From an uncultured Gemmatimonadales bacterium (GTDB lineage Bacteria > Gemmatimonadota > Gemmatimonadetes > Gemmatimonadales > Gemmatimonadaceae): a stretch of 64,000 bases of DNA. The stretch is taken from assembly GCA_963707505.1 (NCBI GenBank), contig CAVPQB010000004.1, forward strand, positions 384,001 to 448,000, read 5' to 3'. The notes beneath the pieces are model-generated. The model saw only the letters and a program-made list of their open reading frames with translations, ran no database searches and was not told where the DNA came from. Numbering within the stretch: position 1 is the first letter of the stretch; each line of letters opens with the position of its first letter. Below, piece by piece: positions 32,423 through 41,367 of this stretch. Position numbers and translations under genes: made by a program.

Positions 32423-34181
32423 TCAGTGCCTCTGAAACTCCGGCGCACCAAGTGCAAGACCGACTAGCTGCGCCAGTTGATTCTGATTCGCTCGCGCAGC
32501 GTTCGGTCCGGGTCCTACCATCGGATTGTTGCCTTCGTTCAGAATGTGTCGCGTTTGCGGCGACACGTCGCCACCGAACAGAATCGACACGAGACTATCT
32601 ACCTGCACCTGGCGCGGCGCGCTCACAAGTGCCGTCGCGGGTGGCCAGGTCTTGAGTGATGCACCTGGTATCTGACCCGCAGCGACCTGTATCCCGAAAT
32701 TGATCCGATTGAGAATGGCCCCCGTGTTGAGCCACGCATCTCCAGTCTCGGGATAACCGTCCGGCGCTATGTGTCCCCACAACGGCTCTCCGAGGCGCGC
32801 GACTGCCTGCACGTCACGCTGAAGCGTGTCGGGAGTTGCGTCCAGCGCGCGCAGTGTGCCGACGACGACTTCGAACGGTGACTTCACCTTCGCGCGATAC
32901 GCGGATGTTGCGAAGAACTCCGGCGACCCTATGATTGTGCGCATGACTTCCGCGATGTTGCCGTTCGTTCGCGTGAACGTCGCAGCCGCGCGGTTGACGA
33001 GCTCCGTCGACGGAGAATCGCTCACGAATCTACGGCAGAGTTTCAGCGCGATGAAGTGCGCGGTTGCCGGTCGAGCAGCGAGGATGTCAAGCAGCCGCTC
33101 GCCTTCGGCCTCTCCAAATCCTGCTGGAAAATCGTAGCCGAGGAACCTCTTCTGGCCGGCGTCATGCATTCCGGCGTTGAAGTAGAAGGTGCCGACATGG
33201 TTCGGGTCACGAATTGTCCAGCCAGTCAGAATTCGCGCCGCTTCGATGACGTCTTCCTGCGTGTAGCCGCCGTCGACGCCGAGCGTGTGGAGCTCCATCA
33301 ACTCGCGTCCGTAGTTCTCGTTGAGTCCTTTGCCGTGCCGGACGCTCGGGCGATACGGAGCAGGGGGACGTGCGTTGGGATTGCCGATCGTGATGCGGCC
33401 AGCGCGGTCGATGAACACCGTGCTCCTCTCCTTCTGCGTACTTCGCTGTCGCGACGGCTCGCGTGCGATACGCATCCACCTCGGCGAGAGTGACACGGTC
33501 GCTGTCAGCCCTGCTGGTCCAGTTGTCCAGATAGAACAGCATCGCCGGAGAATGCGCAACTGCACCGAGCAACGTGCGGAAGTTGCCGAGCGAATGCGCG
33601 CGCACCGAGTCATCGAACTGGACCAGCATGTACCGATCGGCACCCTTGTCCGCGAAGATGGAGAAGTGGTTTTCCCAGAAATCGGTCATCACTTCGCGAA
33701 GCTGCCGCTCACTGAGAACGGCGCGTGCAACCTTCGCTTCACGAAGATTCGTAATTACCTGATTCGATGCCCTGTCGGCTGCACGAATCGCCGCGGTATC
33801 GGGGGATACGCCTCCTGCCTTGCGCAAATCGCCAGGGGCACCGTAGATGCGCGCCAGGCTCGCTTCGTCCTGGAAGATCGACGGATAACGCGAGAGGAAC
33901 TGTTCGGCGCGCTCGTCATCGATCGCGTCGGGTGCGAGCTGCTCGCCGACCCATCTGTCAACGCCAATCTCGCGTACATGAGCGTAGTCTCCCGGACGCG
34001 CGCCGAATGTGAGCCGGTTCACAACCTGCCGAACCTGTTGCTCGCGCGTCATCTCGCGCGGGCCGTCAGCGAGCGGCCGAATGTCGACATGTATTCCGCT
34101 GCTGGTGCAGCCGCACGCCATACACGTAAAGGCAAGCGCCACCCATCGTCCGAACCCCGTGTATGGCACTTGCTGCATCAT
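32423..34181 (-). CDS. Second DUF1800 family protein (possible lipoprotein); frameshift ~33430
   Basis: VNRLTFGARPGD, DFWENHFS, PAMLFYLDN, LNENYGRELMELHTLG, KVKSPFE, C-terminal PEFQRH. Confidence 0.88.
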
Positions 34182-34214
34182 GTTCTCCCGATTGGATCAA
34201 CGCACATGTCGAGA

Positions 34215-34243
34215 TTGGACGTGCGCGCTCACAGTCTCGTTAA
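34215..34243 (-). promoter_or_regulatory. Putative ECF-sigma promoter (TTAACG-N16-CGTCCAA) of the second DUF1800 gene
   Basis: Matches the motif at 1835-1862. Confidence 0.5.
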
Positions 34244-34320
34244 CCCTGACCGGTGATCAGCTTGGCAACTTCTCCTGTACGGTTACCATTCCGGTATGGC
34301 AACCGTTCAGCGCGATATCC

Positions 34321-34803
34321 TCACGAAGAATGGTCGTGTATTATGCGCCACTGTCCGTCACGTCGTCGCATCACGAGACTCGTCGGTCCATGCCCGGTGG
34401 TCGAGTCGCCACGACTCAACCTGTAGTACGCGATGACGTTCGCGAGATCCGGCGCGAGCAGATCGACTTCCAGATTCTCGAACGAGAGTGAATCCTGTCG
34501 CGCTCCACGAGCGAAGCGTGGTGCGTATCGCGCGCGAATTGCATCGCGACCGTGCACCACACCCGTTGGCGTCACGTAAGTAATTCCGCTGCCGGGTTCG
34601 TACGAGTCCATGAAACCATCCAGATCACCCTTCGTCCAGGCGCGCGCGGATGCGTCCATCATACCGGCAATCTCGGACCGCGCCTCGATCCGCTGCGAGT
34701 CCGTCGGATACGCCGAAAAACTGCCGCTGTTACCGGCGACAAGGACGCATCCTGTCGCAGCTGTAACGAGTAACGCGAGCGCTGCGTGCGTGATCTTCAT
34801 CAT
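34321..34803 (-). CDS. NTF2-like (DUF4440/YybH) exported protein, probable lipoprotein
   Basis: AWTKGDLDGFMDSY...WRIIHDHSS; ATGC lipobox-like; ATGA overlap with the upstream gene. Confidence 0.82.
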   Translation of the reverse strand: MMKITHAALALLVTAATGCVLVAGNSGSFSAYPTDSQRIEARSEIAGMMDASARAWTKGDLDGFMDSYEPGSGITYVTPTGVVHGRDAIRARYAPRFARGARQDSLSFENLEVDLLAPDLANVIAYYRLSRGDSTTGHGPTSLVMRRRDGQWRIIHDHSS

Positions 34804-35954
34804 AGCAGATGTGCCACCCATTCTCCCGCGTAGTAGCCGACAGCCGCGACGCCGAGCCCGACGACGAACATGTCGAACCCGGACCGGAATAACCCGCGAC
34901 CAGTGAAAATCGATCTCAATCCGCCAACGAAGAAATGGCTCGCCATCGCGATCACGAACGACGTTATTACTGCAGAACGTCCGGTCAGGAAGAAGAACGG
35001 CAGTACCGGTATCAACGCACCGATTGCAGTTGCGCCTCCGGTCAGCCACGCCTCGCGGAGTGGCGACATGTTGGGCTCGCCGATCTCGAGCTCTTCCCGA
35101 ACCTGCTCGCGGAGCATTCGCTCGGGATCGTGCATGATTTCCTGTGCGAGCTGTTCCGCGACACCGCGCTCCATACCCTTCGCTTCATACATGAGCGCGA
35201 GCTCGTCGCGCTCCACTTCGGGCATGAGCGCGATCTCGTCGCGCTCCATCTCGATCTCGTGCTGATAGACTTCCTGCTCGCTCTTGGCCGCCAGATAACC
35301 GCTCGATCCCATCGACAACGCGTCCGCGATCAGACCGGCGACGCCAGCGACGATCACCATGTGCTGCGGTGATGCAGCAGCTGCTCCGAGCACGCCAGCC
35401 ACGAGACCGAAGTTGGCCGTGAGACCGTCGTTGAAGCCGTAAACCGTGTTACGCAGGAATCCGCCCGATCCCTTGCGATGCCACGGCTCCTCGCTGGTCC
35501 CTGTAATTGCGGAAAGCTCGGTAGCGTGCTCGGCGGATTCGCGCGCGAGCAACAAGGCTTCCGACCCACCCGGTGCACCGCGCGGTGTTGCGCGATGCAT
35601 GTCCATGTATCCCTTTACCTCGCGTCCTTCTTCGGCGAGCAGCATGGGAAGTAGAAACCCGGGTCCAAGCAGCTTGCCGAGCATTGCGAGCAGTCGAGTG
35701 CGCGCGGTGGGTCTGAATTGTTTTGGAGTTCCGCCGTTTTCGCGGATCAGATTGGCCCAGATCTCCAGGTGGCGACTTTCGACCGCCGAGAGGCGGCGGA
35801 AGACATCACTTTTGTGACTATCCTTTTCAAGGTCGGCCAGGATGTCGTACAGGTAGGCCGCGTCGGCCTCGTCCTGCCAGTGGTGCTCGAAGGTATGGAG
35901 GTCGGGCTTTGCGCCGTTCGACGGTGGAACCTGCCGCTGCGCACTTTGTGTCAT
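34800..35954 (-). CDS. VIT1/CCC1 family transporter with N-terminal ferritin/rubrerythrin-like domain
   Basis: E..A..LY...ESRH N-terminal domain; LRNTVYGFNDGL, ALSMGSSGYL, IGALIPVLPF. Confidence 0.88.
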   Translation of the reverse strand: MTQSAQRQVPPSNGAKPDLHTFEHHWQDEADAAYLYDILADLEKDSHKSDVFRRLSAVESRHLEIWANLIRENGGTPKQFRPTARTRLLAMLGKLLGPGFLLPMLLAEEGREVKGYMDMHRATPRGAPGGSEALLLARESAEHATELSAITGTSEEPWHRKGSGGFLRNTVYGFNDGLTANFGLVAGVLGAAAASPQHMVIVAGVAGLIADALSMGSSGYLAAKSEQEVYQHEIEMERDEIALMPEVERDELALMYEAKGMERGVAEQLAQEIMHDPERMLREQVREELEIGEPNMSPLREAWLTGGATAIGALIPVLPFFFLTGRSAVITSFVIAMASHFFVGGLRSIFTGRGLFRSGFDMFVVGLGVAAVGYYAGEWVAHLL

Positions 35955-36027
35955 GCCGTAATATCGCGCCGGCGTCAATGTTTTTCGACGGGGGCGGCCT
36001 GGGAAGCGCGGATATATCCGCGCCCTA

Positions 36028-36438
36028 CTACATCTTCATCCGTCGCGCGCGGCGCTCGGCGTCGTGCTTTCGCATCTCGGCGCGCAGAGCGTCGAGCTTT
36101 TTCTGCTGGTCGGGATTGAGGACGCGACGAAGCGCGTCCTGGGTGCTGTCGCTGACGAGGTGCGCCAGTGCATCCACCGAATCCATAGTCGGGCGGAGCG
36201 GCTTGTAGATCGCGGAGATCTTCTTCCGCTGAGCGTCCATCAGTGAATCGACGACCGTTCGCTGCGCGGTGGTCAGCCCCCACTCCGTCGCGGTGCGATT
36301 CCAGAAGGTGCGGGAGTCGACGGGTCCGCTTGCGTTGTCCGTGCGCAAAGCGCGGTCGCCGGCTACACCGATGGCGCCGCCAGCGACAAATGCGCCAATG
36401 ATCACCAGAGCCGCGACCAGCTTGGACTGTTGCATCAA
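36028..36438 (-). CDS. Periplasmic Spy/CpxP-like helical protein
   Basis: Signal anchor, LTTAQ and LNPDQ (LTxxQ-like) motifs; third gene of the ECF operon. Confidence 0.65.
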   Translation of the reverse strand: MMQQSKLVAALVIIGAFVAGGAIGVAGDRALRTDNASGPVDSRTFWNRTATEWGLTTAQRTVVDSLMDAQRKKISAIYKPLRPTMDSVDALAHLVSDSTQDALRRVLNPDQQKKLDALRAEMRKHDAERRARRMKM

Positions 36439-36441
36439 GTG

Positions 36442-36837
36442 CTAGTGAGAGGAGATTACGTCGCGGAACGTAGCGCCGCGCGTATCCGGACCGTCACGCT
36501 CGCTCAACGCGCCAGTCGGCACAGTCACCTGTTGCGTGATGCTGGGCTGCGTGGCCGACTCATATGCTGTGCGCAGCTCCTGATCGTGCGCCTGAATCAG
36601 CAATGCGCCCACAACCGTCGCCACGATGATCGCGGCCGCAGCAACGAGACCACCGCGCGCCCAGCTCCCGACCACCATCCACCAGCGCCCTGCGGCAGAG
36701 TCACCGATGCGCGCCATGATGCGTGATTCGAGCACGCTCCAGTATGCGTCCCCGCCAGGCGGCGCATACATGTCGCGCACAGTCGCGATCACCTTGTTTG
36801 GCAGCGGCTCGTCGAGCCTGATCTGGTTATCTGTCAT
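36442..36837 (-). CDS. Putative single-pass anti-sigma factor
   Basis: Coupled to the ECF sigma gene; YWSVLESRIMARI followed by one TM helix. Confidence 0.65.
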   Translation of the reverse strand: MTDNQIRLDEPLPNKVIATVRDMYAPPGGDAYWSVLESRIMARIGDSAAGRWWMVVGSWARGGLVAAAAIIVATVVGALLIQAHDQELRTAYESATQPSITQQVTVPTGALSERDGPDTRGATFRDVISSH

Positions 36838-37421
36838 CAGTCGTTCCTCAAGTCGCGCAACATTCCCCGCAGCCGCTGTCGAGCGTGGTGCAGGTCTGAT
36901 CGCGCCGTTCCTTCCGGTATCCCGAGCGTCTTTCCTATCTCGGAGTGTGCGAACCCTTCTATATCGTGCAAGACCAGCACCGATCTCATCCTTTCAGGCA
37001 ATTGCGCCAGTGCTTCACCCAACCGGCGCCGCAGCTCGTCCGCTTCACCAGGATCACGAAAGCTTCCCGCGAGCGATTCGTGCAGCTCATCAGTTGTACG
37101 TACCTTCCGTCGCCTTGCAAGATCCAGTGCCGCGTTGGCCACGATCCGGTTGAGCCACGGTCCAAACGACTGCTCCAGATTGAATCTGTCCAGCGCCTGA
37201 TACGCGCGGACGAAAGCTTCCTGAACAGCGTCCTCTGCATCTTCGTGCACAGTTACAATCGCTCGTGCAACCGCATACGCACGTTTTGAATGCAACTGGA
37301 CGAGCATTCCGAACGCCGCCTGATCGCCCCGCTGGGCAGCGGCGGTCAGTATCCGCTCGTCAGAAGAATTACGCGACGGCTCGTTCACGCGTTGAGTAGA
37401 GGGGCTCGGGGGTGGGGACAC
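36837..37421 (-). CDS. ECF RNA polymerase sigma factor
   Basis: GDQAAF, DAEDAVQEAF, WLNRIVAN, EIGKTLGIPEGTARSDLHHAR. Confidence 0.93.
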   Translation of the reverse strand: MSPPPSPSTQRVNEPSRNSSDERILTAAAQRGDQAAFGMLVQLHSKRAYAVARAIVTVHEDAEDAVQEAFVRAYQALDRFNLEQSFGPWLNRIVANAALDLARRRKVRTTDELHESLAGSFRDPGEADELRRRLGEALAQLPERMRSVLVLHDIEGFAHSEIGKTLGIPEGTARSDLHHARQRLRGMLRDLRND

Positions 37422-37529
37422 CGCCGGGAAATCTAAACCCCGGCGGACCGCTCGCCTGCCCAGCGCCACCACTTACCGCGCTGCTGGGTGTCCTTTTGGG
37501 TGTCGCTATTGGGTGCGCTATTGGCTGCG

Positions 37530-38582
37530 CTACGGTGTCTCTACGTGGACGTTTACCGAGAGGCCCGGGCGTAGAGGATGATCGGGGCATCCTTTCGTTA
37601 CCGCAATGCGAATCGGTACTCGCTGAACGACCTTGGTAAAGTTCCCGGTCGCGTTGTCGGGCGGAAGAAGCGCGAACTTTGCGCCCGTCGCTCCGCTCAG
37701 GCTCTCGACCTTCCCCCGTGCCGTGCAGCCACCGTACGCATCGACGTCGAATTCAACCGGCTGGCCGACCTTGATGTCGTTGAGCTGCGTCTCCTTGAAG
37801 TTCGCTGTCACCCACACGCCGGTGTCCGCCACGATGCTCATGACAGGCTGGCCGGCTGTCACGAGCTGGCCCACCTCGACCTGCTTGCGCGCAACGAGAC
37901 CGCTCGCCGGCGCCGTGATGCGCGTGTAGCTCAACTGCAGCTTCGCGTTATCCAGCGCTGCCTGCGCGCCGCTCGACCGTGCTTCGGCGATTCGCACGCC
38001 GGCCTGCGCGGTGGATATCTGCGAGCCCGCTGTGGTGACCTGGCGCTGCGCTGCGAGCAGTTGCGCTTCGGCGGCCGCGGCCGCAGCCTGCGCAGCGTCG
38101 AGCTGCTGCTTGGATACGATCTGCTTCGCTGCCAGGTCCTTCATTCGCGCCAGATTCGCCTGCGCATTCGTGTTCGCCGCCTGCGCCGCGATCACCTGCG
38201 CATCGAGCTGCGACCGCTGCCCTGATGCGGTGGCCACCTGTCCTTCGGCCTGGCCCTCGGTCGTCTTGGTACCAGCAACGCCCTGTGCCGCCGCAAGATC
38301 GGCCTGCGCCGACTCGACACGAACGCGATACTCGGCGTCGTCCAGCGTTACGAGAATCTGATTCTCGTTCACGTGCTGGTTCTCGTCCGCCGCGACGCTG
38401 GTCACATAACCGCCAACCTTGGCGAGCACCGGAACGATGTGCCCGTCCACCTGTGCGTCGTCAGTGCTCTCGTGACTGCGTGAGTAACTCCACGTCTTGA
38501 AGCCCCATATCGCCGCGATTACCGCAACGACTATGACGATGGGGATGATGATCTTGCGCTTACTACCGGATTCGCTTGCCAT
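37530..38582 (-). CDS. HlyD/EmrA family membrane fusion protein
   Basis: STDDAQV, LSYTRITAP, ANFKETQL, LLPPDNATGNFTKVVQRVP. Confidence 0.93.
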   Translation of the reverse strand: MASESGSKRKIIIPIVIVVAVIAAIWGFKTWSYSRSHESTDDAQVDGHIVPVLAKVGGYVTSVAADENQHVNENQILVTLDDAEYRVRVESAQADLAAAQGVAGTKTTEGQAEGQVATASGQRSQLDAQVIAAQAANTNAQANLARMKDLAAKQIVSKQQLDAAQAAAAAAEAQLLAAQRQVTTAGSQISTAQAGVRIAEARSSGAQAALDNAKLQLSYTRITAPASGLVARKQVEVGQLVTAGQPVMSIVADTGVWVTANFKETQLNDIKVGQPVEFDVDAYGGCTARGKVESLSGATGAKFALLPPDNATGNFTKVVQRVPIRIAVTKGCPDHPLRPGLSVNVHVETP

Positions 38583-38602
38583 GTTTACGAGAGAGTGAGT
38601 GC

Positions 38603-39961
38603 TCAGGGAAGGGTCGTGACAACGCCTTGCGCGCGCGCGAGCGCGACGCGAGCCGTCTGGAAATTCGTTTGCGCGTCAATGACTGCGGTACGCGCCGTGG
38701 TGAGTCCCAGCAGGGCCGTGATGACATCCGCGTTACCGGCGACGCCAGCGCGGAAACGCTCGCGCGCCTGCGAGACTTCCTGCTCGGCGAGTCTCAGCTG
38801 TTCCCGCGTCGCCTGCACTTGCTGCTCGGCGGCGTGCAGGTCCAGAATCGCTGTGCTGACGTCCGCGGCCGCCTGCTGCCGGATGTCCTGCTGCTCCACC
38901 TGCGCCTCGCGCACCAGACCTTGCTGCTCCTGAATGCGGCCGGAGCGCCGGAATCCGTCAAGAACCGGCACCGATACCTGGAGGCCGTATTCGTAGGTGT
39001 TCAGCATGTGGTGGACTGACAGTCCATTCATTCCATCGTCGGCGACGAGCGATACGGTCGGCAGGTACTCGGCGCGAATAGCGCTTACCGCCTGTTGAGC
39101 GGCTGCGATACGTGCCTGCGCCTGGAGCAGATCGGGTCGGTTTTGCAGCGCTCGCTCGGTGGCTGCCGCCTCGTCGGTGGTCACGGCTGTGGTGTCCATC
39201 GCGCCGAGTGAATCGGTCAGAACGAGCGGCGTGCGCGCTGGAACGTTGAGCGCACGCGCAAGCGCGATGAGCGTCCTGTCACGCGCAGCGCGCGAGTTGA
39301 TTAGACCGGCGCGTGTCGATGCGAGTTGCGCCTGTGCGCGTGTCACGTCGAGGGCGATACCGGTTCCGGCGTCGAGCTGAGCCTGCGCAACGTTCACAAG
39401 ATCCGCGGCGAGTACACTATCCTCGCCGCGAGCACGGAAATCGTCTTCCGCACGCAGCGCCTGGACGTACGCCAGCGCAGCCTGCGAGCCGGCCTGCTCC
39501 GATGCGACAGTCGCAGCAGCGCTGCTCGCTTTGACGGCCGCGCCAGCGGCGCGGTACCGCGCGAAGGCACTGAAGTTGAACAACGGCGCCGCCACACTTC
39601 CCCGCGCGTCGAGCACGTGAAACGGGCCGAGGATCTGTCCGTTCGGATTGAGGCCCGGAAGCGAGAAACCGAATGACGCGGTGTTGAGCGTTCGAGCGAA
39701 TTGCGACGCTGACGCGTTCAACGACGGCAACAGGTCCGCGCGGCTCTGGCGCACACGCGCCTGTGCCTCGGTGACACGTATCCGCGCCCCCTGCGCGGGT
39801 GCGCTATTGCGAGCCGCAATGCGAGCCGCGTCGCCGATCGACAACGTCGATGGTACCCGCGCCGTGGTCGTGTCCTGTGCCGCCAGCGATTGCACCGCGA
39901 TGCGCGATGCAACGCCCAAGCTCAACACAAGCGCCAGGCGCGTCGTGAATTTGCCTTTCAT
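38603..39961 (-). CDS. TolC family outer-membrane protein
   Basis: Signal peptide and two OEP repeats (ADLLPSL / AEYLPTV...ERFRAGV). Confidence 0.9.
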   Translation of the reverse strand: MKGKFTTRLALVLSLGVASRIAVQSLAAQDTTTARVPSTLSIGDAARIAARNSAPAQGARIRVTEAQARVRQSRADLLPSLNASASQFARTLNTASFGFSLPGLNPNGQILGPFHVLDARGSVAAPLFNFSAFARYRAAGAAVKASSAAATVASEQAGSQAALAYVQALRAEDDFRARGEDSVLAADLVNVAQAQLDAGTGIALDVTRAQAQLASTRAGLINSRAARDRTLIALARALNVPARTPLVLTDSLGAMDTTAVTTDEAAATERALQNRPDLLQAQARIAAAQQAVSAIRAEYLPTVSLVADDGMNGLSVHHMLNTYEYGLQVSVPVLDGFRRSGRIQEQQGLVREAQVEQQDIRQQAAADVSTAILDLHAAEQQVQATREQLRLAEQEVSQARERFRAGVAGNADVITALLGLTTARTAVIDAQTNFQTARVALARAQGVVTTLP

Positions 39962-40596
39962 TATTGAGGTACCGCGCGGAGCGCGGAGAGGTAGAAGTCG
40001 ACCAACTCGTTGTATATCTGTTCGTCCGGCCGGTTGCGAAGGTGTGGGAAGAACTTTCGCTTGCAGCACCACATCGCGCTGGTGCTGAAGAGCGAGATCA
40101 GCATTCGTCCCGCGACCGCTGGATCCAACGCACGAAACTCTCCAGCGTCGATGCCGCGGCGTATTATGCCGGAGAGCAGCGTCTGAGTGCGGGCGATGAC
40201 TTCGGTGCTGTAGAACTCCACCAGATCCGGGAAGTGATGCAGCTCGCTCACGACGACCCTGTAGATCACCGAGAACGCCGGCGTTCGCACGAAATCCCAG
40301 TAGTGCTCCATGAAAGCGAGCAACTGCTCCCGCGCCGCGCCGGTGCCAGGAATTCCTTCGCCTGCGACGATGGCCTCGACGATGGTGGAGCGCACCATCT
40401 CGCGGAAAAGCGCTTCCTTGTTGGGGAAGTAGAGGTATATGGTGCCCTTCGAGACTCCAGCCTGCCTGGCGATGTCTTCCAGGCGTGCGCCGGCAAGGCC
40501 GTGCTCCCCGAAAACCTCGAGCGCGGCGTGCAATATCTGTTGGGGGCGTTCTTCGGGAAGCCGCCGCCAGCGCGGTTCCGTAACTTCTGCGGACAT
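39961..40596 (-). CDS. TetR/AcrR family regulator
   Basis: ILHAALEVFGEHG...IARQAGVSKGTIYLYFPNKEALF HTH. Confidence 0.95.
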   Translation of the reverse strand: MSAEVTEPRWRRLPEERPQQILHAALEVFGEHGLAGARLEDIARQAGVSKGTIYLYFPNKEALFREMVRSTIVEAIVAGEGIPGTGAAREQLLAFMEHYWDFVRTPAFSVIYRVVVSELHHFPDLVEFYSTEVIARTQTLLSGIIRRGIDAGEFRALDPAVAGRMLISLFSTSAMWCCKRKFFPHLRNRPDEQIYNELVDFYLSALRAVPQ

Positions 40597-40608
40597 AAGT
40601 GGTGTTCG

Positions 40609-40636
40609 GTATGTTACTGACCAGTCAGTAACATAC
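40609..40636. promoter_or_regulatory. Probable TetR operator, perfect inverted repeat GTATGTTACTGAC-CA-GTCAGTAACATAC
   Basis: 13-bp perfect arms 12 nt upstream of the tetR start codon. Confidence 0.8.
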
Positions 40637-40654
40637 TCAGGCTCTGCGATGGCG

Positions 40655-41164
40655 TCAACGAGCTCTTGAGCGGCCACGTGGGGACTTTCCGCCGATCCGG
40701 AGGATGGCGTTCCATTCTTCCGGGCGGACCGGCTGCACGGAGAGCCGGCTTCCTTTTCGGAGCAGCTCCATCTTCTCCAGCTCCCGGATGTGCCGCAGGC
40801 CCGGGAGATCGAGAAAGTTCTCGAATCGGTCGCTGGCCCGAACGTCTACCATGTACCAGATCGGATTGGACTCACTGCTCTTGGGGTCATAATGCTCGTC
40901 CGCCGGGTTCCACGCGGAAAAATCCGGATAGCCTTCACGCACGATCTCTGCCGTACCCACTATCCCGGCTGGATCCGCACCAGAGTAATAGAAGAGCACG
41001 CCGTCGCCCTTCTTCATATCGTCACGCATGAAGTTGCGGGCCTGATAATTACGTACGCCGCTCCAGTGGGTCGTTTGGCGGGGTGAGGCCAGCAGGTCAT
41101 CGTATGAGAAGCAGCTTGGTTCGCTCTTGAGAAGCCAGTAGCGGCGGTCCTTCGATTCGGGCAT
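40655..41164 (-). CDS. EVE domain protein
   Basis: YWLLKSEP, WSGVRNYQARNFMR, RLSVQPV. Confidence 0.93.
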   Translation of the reverse strand: MPESKDRRYWLLKSEPSCFSYDDLLASPRQTTHWSGVRNYQARNFMRDDMKKGDGVLFYYSGADPAGIVGTAEIVREGYPDFSAWNPADEHYDPKSSESNPIWYMVDVRASDRFENFLDLPGLRHIRELEKMELLRKGSRLSVQPVRPEEWNAILRIGGKSPRGRSRAR

Positions 41165-41273
41165 GGTGCGTTCGATTGTTGGTTCGCATTCGGGCCTTGC
41201 GTGGCCGTTCAGAAATCTATGGCGTTCGAGGGGGTGCAGAATGCCTGGCGCCGGTGTATCACAGCCCGATAAC

Positions 41274-41298
41274 ACGCGACGCGACGCGACGCGACGCG
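41274..41298. repeat. Pentanucleotide simple repeat (ACGCG)5
   Basis: Read directly from the divergent intergenic region. Confidence 0.85.
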
Positions 41299-41367
41299 GC
41301 AGCGGTTTGCAGTTGGCTGTGGCCCGTCGCACGTTACCGTAGATTCAGACGCAACCAATCCCATCCC

